A stretch of 48,056 nt of DNA from assembly GCA_018882975.1 (NCBI GenBank), contig VEQZ01000003.1, forward strand, positions 1 through 48,056, read 5' to 3'. This document shows positions 41,670-48,056 of this stretch, in pieces. The notes under the pieces were generated by a model, which made no database searches, was not told the origin of the DNA, and saw only the letters and a list, made by a program, of their open reading frames with translations. The stretch comes from Rhodocyclaceae bacterium (GTDB lineage: Bacteria > Pseudomonadota > Gammaproteobacteria > Burkholderiales > UBA3065). How positions within the stretch are numbered: position 1 is the stretch's first letter; each line of letters starts with the position of its first letter. Made by a program: the position numbers and the translations under genes.

Positions 41670-43283
41670 ATGCTGGTCGCAGCCAACATCACCCAGCAGT
41701 TCGGCGCCAAGCCCCTGTTCGAGAACGTCAGCGTCAAGTTCGGCGACGGCTACCGCTACGGCCTGATCGGCGCCAACGGCGCCGGCAAGTCGACCTTCAT
41801 GAAGATCCTCTGTGGCGTGCTCGAGCCCTCTGGCGGCAATGTGAGCAAGGACCCTCACGAGCGCATGGCCTACCTGCGCCAGGACCAGTTCGCCTTTGAA
41901 GACATGCGTGTGCTCGACGTGGTGATGATGGGCCACGCCGAGATGTGGGCGGTGATGCAGGAAAAGGACGCCATCTACGCGAACCCAGAGGCCACCGAAG
42001 CCGACTACATGAAGGCGGCCGAGCTGGAAGGCCGCTTTGCCGAGTTCGATGGCTACACCGCCGAGTCGCGCGCCGGCGAGTTGCTGCTTGGCGTGGGGAT
42101 CCCGGTGGAGCAGCACCAGGGGCCGATGCGCGAGGTGGCGCCGGGCTGGAAGCTGCGCGTGCTGCTGTGCCAGGCGCTGTTCGCCAACCCCGACATCCTG
42201 CTGCTCGACGAGCCGACCAACAACCTCGACATCAACACCATCCGCTGGCTCGAGGGCGTGCTCAACGCGCGCGAGTCGACCATGGTCATCATCTCGCACG
42301 ACCGGCACTTCCTGAACCAGGTCTGCACCCACATGGCCGATCTCGACTACGGCACGATCCAGGTCTACCCCGGCAACTACGACGATTACATGGAGGCCTC
42401 GACCCTGGCCCGCCAGCGTCAGATGTCGGCCAACGCCAAGGCCAAGGACCGCATCGCCGAGCTTGAGGAATTTGTGCGCCGCTTCCGCGCCCACAAGTCC
42501 AAGGCGCGTCAGGCCACCAGCCGCATGAAGCAGATCGACAAGCTCAAGGTCGAGGACGTCAAGCCTTCGTCGCGCCAGTACCCCTTCATCCGTTTCGATT
42601 ACGACGACAAAGAGAGGCTGCACCGTTTGGCGCTGGAGATCGAGGGGCTGAGTTTTGCGTATGACGGCGGGCCGCCGGTCATCAAGGACTTCGGCATCCA
42701 CATCGAGGCCGGCGAGAAGGTCGCCATCGTCGGCGAGAACGGTGTCGGCAAGACCACGCTGCTGCGCCTGCTGGTGGGCGAGTTGCAGGGCACCGGCAAG
42801 CTCAAGTGGGCGGAGAAGGCGCGGCCGGGCTACTACGCGCAGGACCACTCGGTTGATTTCGACAGCGACACCAATCTGGTGGACTGGATCGGCCGCTGCG
42901 TGCGCTCGGGCGGCTACGAGGGCGCCGACATCGAGACGCTGACGCGCGGCACGCTCGGCCGCTTGCTGTTCTCCGGCGACGAGTTCGCCAAGCCGGTCAA
43001 GGTGCTCTCCGGTGGCGAGCAGGGCCGCATGCTGTTCGGCCGGCTCATGCTCGAGCGGCCCAACGTGCTGCTGATGGACGAGCCGACCAATCACCTGGAC
43101 ATGGAGTCGATTGAGTCGCTCAATACCGCGCTGGAGAAGTTCACCGGCACGCTGGTGTTCGTTTCGCACGACCGTGAGTTCGTCAGTTCACTGGCCACGC
43201 GCGTGCTGGAGGTGCGGCCGGAGGGCATCGTCGACCATCGCGGCTCCTACGACGACTACCTGGCCAAGCAGGGCCTGGAGTAA
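41670..43283 (+). CDS. ybiT: ABC-F family ATPase (YbiT-like)
   Basis: Two ABC domains ([16 protein letters not shown]; [20 protein letters not shown]), no TM segments, N-terminus [23 protein letters not shown] as in YbiT. Confidence 0.9.
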   Translation: MLVAANITQQFGAKPLFENVSVKFGDGYRYGLIGANGAGKSTFMKILCGVLEPSGGNVSKDPHERMAYLRQDQFAFEDMRVLDVVMMGHAEMWAVMQEKDAIYANPEATEADYMKAAELEGRFAEFDGYTAESRAGELLLGVGIPVEQHQGPMREVAPGWKLRVLLCQALFANPDILLLDEPTNNLDINTIRWLEGVLNARESTMVIISHDRHFLNQVCTHMADLDYGTIQVYPGNYDDYMEASTLARQRQMSANAKAKDRIAELEEFVRRFRAHKSKARQATSRMKQIDKLKVEDVKPSSRQYPFIRFDYDDKERLHRLALEIEGLSFAYDGGPPVIKDFGIHIEAGEKVAIVGENGVGKTTLLRLLVGELQGTGKLKWAEKARPGYYAQDHSVDFDSDTNLVDWIGRCVRSGGYEGADIETLTRGTLGRLLFSGDEFAKPVKVLSGGEQGRMLFGRLMLERPNVLLMDEPTNHLDMESIESLNTALEKFTGTLVFVSHDREFVSSLATRVLEVRPEGIVDHRGSYDDYLAKQGLE

Positions 43284-43301
43284 GTCCTACCGCATGACCC
43301 G

Positions 43302-45185
43302 CTAAAGCATGACTTGCGTGCCCACCTCCACCACCTGATTCGGCGGCAGGTGGAAGGTTGTCGCTGCGCCTTCCGACTGACGGGTCATCCACGCGAACAG
43401 CCCACGACGCCAGCGCGACATGCCACCCACGCCTTCCACCACCTGCGAGCGCGCCACAAAGAAGGTGGTGGTCATCGGGTCGAGGTCGAGGCTGTCCGCC
43501 GCCGGCAGCCGCAGCGCCGCGGGGATGTCGGGCTCCTGCCGGAAGCCGTAGCGGACCGAGGCGAGGTACATGCCGTTGCCGGCATCCTGGATGCTCAGGC
43601 GATTGTCATCAGTCACATAGGGGACTTCCTCGGTGTACACATGCAGGAACACGTTGCGCTCGTGCAGCACCTTGAAATGCTTGAGGTTATGGAAGAGCGC
43701 CGTAGGCACCAGGTCGAGGTTTGCGCAGAGGTAGACGGCGTTGCCGGGCACGCGCGGCACGTCAGGCGCCGGGCCTTCAAGAAAGGCTGAGATGGGGATG
43801 TCGTAGGCCGCTTGGCGCTCGCGCACCAGCGCGCTGCCGCGCTTCCAGGTGGTGAGCAGGATGAACAGGCTGATGCCCATGGCGGTGGGCAGCCAGCCGC
43901 CGCTGGCGAACTTGCTCAGGTTGCCGGCGAGGAACAGCGTTTCAAGCGCCAGAAAGGTCGCGAGCAGGGCAAGGAGGACAGCCCGCTGGCGTGTCGTGCG
44001 CCGTGTCACCACGAAGGCGCAAAGCGCTGAGTCGATGATCATGGCCGCGCAGACGGCGATGCCGTAGGCATTGGCCAGCCGGCTGGACGAGCCGAACTCC
44101 ATGACCAGCAGCAGCACCGAGGCCCACATCATCCAGTTCATGGCCGGGATGTAGATCTGGCCTTTCTCCACATCTGAAGTGTGCAGCACACGGAAGCGCG
44201 GCAGAAAGCCCAGCCGCGAGGCCTGCATGGTGATCGAGAAGGCGCCGGAGATGACCGCCTGCGAGGCGATGACGGTGGCGGCGGTGGCGAGCCCGATCAG
44301 CACCGGCAGAAACCATTCCGGCGCCAGCAGGTAGAAGGGGTTGACCACAGCGGCGGGGTCGCGCAGTACCAGCGCACCCTGACCGAAGTAATTGAGCACC
44401 AGCGCCGGGCAGACCAGCCCGTACCAGGCCACGCGCACTGGCACCTTGCCGAAGTGGCCCATGTCGGCGTAGAGCGCCTCGCCGCCGGTGAGCACGAGGA
44501 ACACCGCGCTCAGCATGAGGAATGCGCGGCCGGGCTCCTCCAGCGCGAAATGCAGTGCGTGGCGCGGGTCGAGCGCGCCGAAGATCTCCGGCGTCTGCAC
44601 GATGCTGGTGAGTCCCAGCACCCCGAGGGTGAGGAACCACAGCACCGTGATCGGCCCGAAGTAGCGGCCGACGAACCCGGTGCCCTGGCGCTGGATGAAG
44701 AACAGCAGGGTGAGGATGACCATGGTGATCGGCACCACCCAGTGCGCCAGATCGGGCGCTGCCACGCTGATGCCCTCGACCGCCGAGAGCACCGAGATGG
44801 CCGGCGTAATGATGGCGTCGCCATAGAATAGGGCGGCGGCGAATACGCCGAGCAGCACCACGCCGGTGGTGATACCCCCGGCGCTACGTGCCAAGCGCTG
44901 CGCAAGTGCGGTCAGGGCGAGCACGCCGCCTTCGCCGTCGTTGTCGAACTCGAGCACCACCAACACGTACTTGATCGAGATGATCAGCGTCATCGCCCAG
45001 AACAGCGCCGAGAGCACGGCGAACACATGGCCATGCGTGGGGCTCAGCGCGTGGTGGCCGGCCATCGCCTCCTTGAAGGCGTAGAGCGGGCTGGTGCCGA
45101 TGTCGCCGTAGACCACGCCCAGAGCGGCGAGGGCGAGCGGGAAGAGGGCCTTCTTTTGACTCGACACGGGTACCGGGCGCGACAT
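43302..45185 (-). CDS. kup: KUP/HAK/KT potassium transporter
   Basis: LGVVYGDIGTSPLYA, GEGG, EALYADMGHFG, GQIYIP. ATG 45185 preferred; the ORF-track TTG at 45224 lies in a TTGACA (-35-like) box. Confidence 0.96.
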   Translation of the reverse strand: MSRPVPVSSQKKALFPLALAALGVVYGDIGTSPLYAFKEAMAGHHALSPTHGHVFAVLSALFWAMTLIISIKYVLVVLEFDNDGEGGVLALTALAQRLARSAGGITTGVVLLGVFAAALFYGDAIITPAISVLSAVEGISVAAPDLAHWVVPITMVILTLLFFIQRQGTGFVGRYFGPITVLWFLTLGVLGLTSIVQTPEIFGALDPRHALHFALEEPGRAFLMLSAVFLVLTGGEALYADMGHFGKVPVRVAWYGLVCPALVLNYFGQGALVLRDPAAVVNPFYLLAPEWFLPVLIGLATAATVIASQAVISGAFSITMQASRLGFLPRFRVLHTSDVEKGQIYIPAMNWMMWASVLLLVMEFGSSSRLANAYGIAVCAAMIIDSALCAFVVTRRTTRQRAVLLALLATFLALETLFLAGNLSKFASGGWLPTAMGISLFILLTTWKRGSALVRERQAAYDIPISAFLEGPAPDVPRVPGNAVYLCANLDLVPTALFHNLKHFKVLHERNVFLHVYTEEVPYVTDDNRLSIQDAGNGMYLASVRYGFRQEPDIPAALRLPAADSLDLDPMTTTFFVARSQVVEGVGGMSRWRRGLFAWMTRQSEGAATTFHLPPNQVVEVGTQVML

Positions 45186-45332
45186 TGGAACCGCATCCTG
45201 CGCTGCAGCATATGGCCCTGTCAAACGTGCTGGACAGATTCCGGGAGTGGTTCCGCGGCTGCGCTTGCTAGACTCGCGCGGCGGGCCTTTGCGGCCGCGT
45301 CTGCCGCCTCCCGCCCCTCACCCGAGCCACCC

Positions 45333-46610
45333 ATGCCCACCCCCGAACACCGACTGTCACGATTGCGCTGGACCGGTTACGGCTTGATGGTCGCCTGCTT
45401 CATGCTGGCCTTCTTCCACCGCAACGCGCCGGCGGCCATGGCGGACGCACTGGCTGCCGAGTGGCACGCCGGCCCGGCGTTGCTGGGCGCCATTTCGGCG
45501 AGCTATTTCTGGGTCTACACGGCCATGCAGGTGCCCACCGGCATCCTCGTCGACCAGTTCGGTCCGCGGCGCGTTATCGCGCCTGGCATGGCGCTGACCG
45601 GTGTCGGCACGCTTGCCTTTGCGCTGGCGCCCGATGCCGCTTGGGGCGCCGCGGCACGCGTTCTGATAGGCCTCGGCGTGGCCTTTCCGTTCATCTCGCT
45701 GATGAAGTTCGCTGCCGTGTGGTTCCCCGAGCGGCAGTTCGCCACGGTGAGCGGGCTCACCGTGTTCATCGGCAATCTGGGTGCGGCGCTGGCGGCCACG
45801 CCGCTGGTCTGGGTGATGGACCACACCGCGTGGCAGCCGCTGTTCGTCGGGCTCGGTCTGGCCACGCTTGGGCTTGCCGCGCTGACCGGGTGGCTGGTGT
45901 TCGACCGGCCGGAACACGCCGGCCTGCCACCAGTGCACCCACCCACGCCGGCGGAGCAGGGCGCCGGGTCGCATTGGCGCGAGGGGCTGCTGCAGGTCCT
46001 GCGCAACCGCCGCACGTGGCCCGGCTTCGTGCTCAATTTCGGGCTGGCCGGGGGCGCCTTCGGTTTTGCCGGGCTGTGGGGCGTGCCCTTCCTCGAAGGC
46101 AGTTACGGCCTGAGCAAAGCCGAGGCCGCGGCGCAGACCGGCTTGCTGGTGATGGCCTGCGCGGTGGGCGGTCTGGTCATCGGCCGGATGTCGGATGCGC
46201 TGGGCCGGCGGCGCCCGGTGATGCTGGCGTGGACGGTGGCGCATACCCTGCTCTGGCTGCCGTGGCTGCTGCACTGGCAGCTGACCCTGTGGCAGCACTC
46301 GCTGCTTTCGGCCGGGCTGGGTTTCACCTCGGCGGCATTCGCGCTGACCTGGGCGGTGGCCAAGGAGGTCAATGCGCCACGGCTGGCGGGCATCGCCGCC
46401 GGCGTAGTCAACACCGGCGCGTTTCTCGGTGGCGCGATGATTCAGCAGGCGATCGGCGTCTGGGTGGAGTGGCGCTCAGCCACAGTGCCGGCGAGCGCGG
46501 CCCTACATGAGGGCGTCTGGCTGATCCCGCTGACCTGCGTGTTCGGCGTGGTGGCGGCGTGGTGCGTGACCGAGACCTACGCGCGCAACATCAGTCACGT
46601 GCGCGCTTGA
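45333..46610 (+). CDS. MFS transporter
   Basis: About 12 hydrophobic segments, motif A copies G.LVDQFGPRR and GRMSDALGRRRP; start ATG 45333 inferred. Confidence 0.9.
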   Translation: MPTPEHRLSRLRWTGYGLMVACFMLAFFHRNAPAAMADALAAEWHAGPALLGAISASYFWVYTAMQVPTGILVDQFGPRRVIAPGMALTGVGTLAFALAPDAAWGAAARVLIGLGVAFPFISLMKFAAVWFPERQFATVSGLTVFIGNLGAALAATPLVWVMDHTAWQPLFVGLGLATLGLAALTGWLVFDRPEHAGLPPVHPPTPAEQGAGSHWREGLLQVLRNRRTWPGFVLNFGLAGGAFGFAGLWGVPFLEGSYGLSKAEAAAQTGLLVMACAVGGLVIGRMSDALGRRRPVMLAWTVAHTLLWLPWLLHWQLTLWQHSLLSAGLGFTSAAFALTWAVAKEVNAPRLAGIAAGVVNTGAFLGGAMIQQAIGVWVEWRSATVPASAALHEGVWLIPLTCVFGVVAAWCVTETYARNISHVRA

Positions 46611-46929
46611 GCCAGACCCAGGCGAGGACCAGGAAGGCGACGCAGAGCAGGGCCTCGGCCAGCGCGTAGGCGGCGGACGGCTGCGGGTCGGCCCAGGCGC
46701 GCGTCAGGCCCTCGGTGAGGTAGGGCAGGGTGAGCAGGGAAGCCCACTGGATGCTCTTGAGGCGGCCGTGCAGCAGGCCGAGCAGCGGCAGCAGCAGCGG
46801 CAGGCCCTTGAGCACGAGGGCCGATCCGCCCTCGCGCAGTGGCGCGCCGACGCCCTCCCACCAGACGGTGAGCAGGATCAGCGCGATCCAGGTGGCGCAG
46901 GCGAGGGTCTGGGTGCGGGAGCGGGTCAT
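46591..46929 (-). CDS. DUF2069-like small membrane protein
   Basis: MTRSRTQ..., LKGLPLLLPL.GLL.G, QWASLL.LPY..EG; lies downstream of wrbA as is common; overlaps the MFS 3' end by 20 bp. Confidence 0.75.
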   Translation of the reverse strand: MTRSRTQTLACATWIALILLTVWWEGVGAPLREGGSALVLKGLPLLLPLLGLLHGRLKSIQWASLLTLPYLTEGLTRAWADPQPSAAYALAEALLCVAFLVLAWVWLKRARD

Positions 46930-46960
46930 GCAGGGTGTGAGCGGGTTGGCGTGAACGGGG

Positions 46961-48056
<1,096 letters not shown>

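Overview
High-GC betaproteobacterial-type chromosomal segment. Most of it (6.1-38.2 kb) is the core transcription/translation super-cluster: tRNA-Tyr/Gly/Thr, tuf, tRNA-Trp, secE, nusG, rplKAJL, rpoBC, str, S10, spc and alpha operons. It is followed by yqgE-ruvX-pyrB-pyrC', ybiT, kup, an MFS transporter, DUF2069, wrbA and a truncated yihY. The most unusual element is absent from the ORF track because it runs off the left edge: a single minus-strand ORF (5809 to <1, at least 1936 aa) built from three tandem [TPR array + GT41/O-GlcNAc-transferase-like] modules with differing active-site signatures. Modules 1 and 3 share an identical, strongly G/T-skewed tract resembling GRINS gene-conversion elements, and in module 1 the skew appears to have recoded the protein. 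A second highlight is a ~75-aa insertion in RpoB resembling the C-terminal domain of ribosomal protein L7/L12, whose gene lies directly upstream. All calls come from reading and hand-translating the sequence; no database searches were run.
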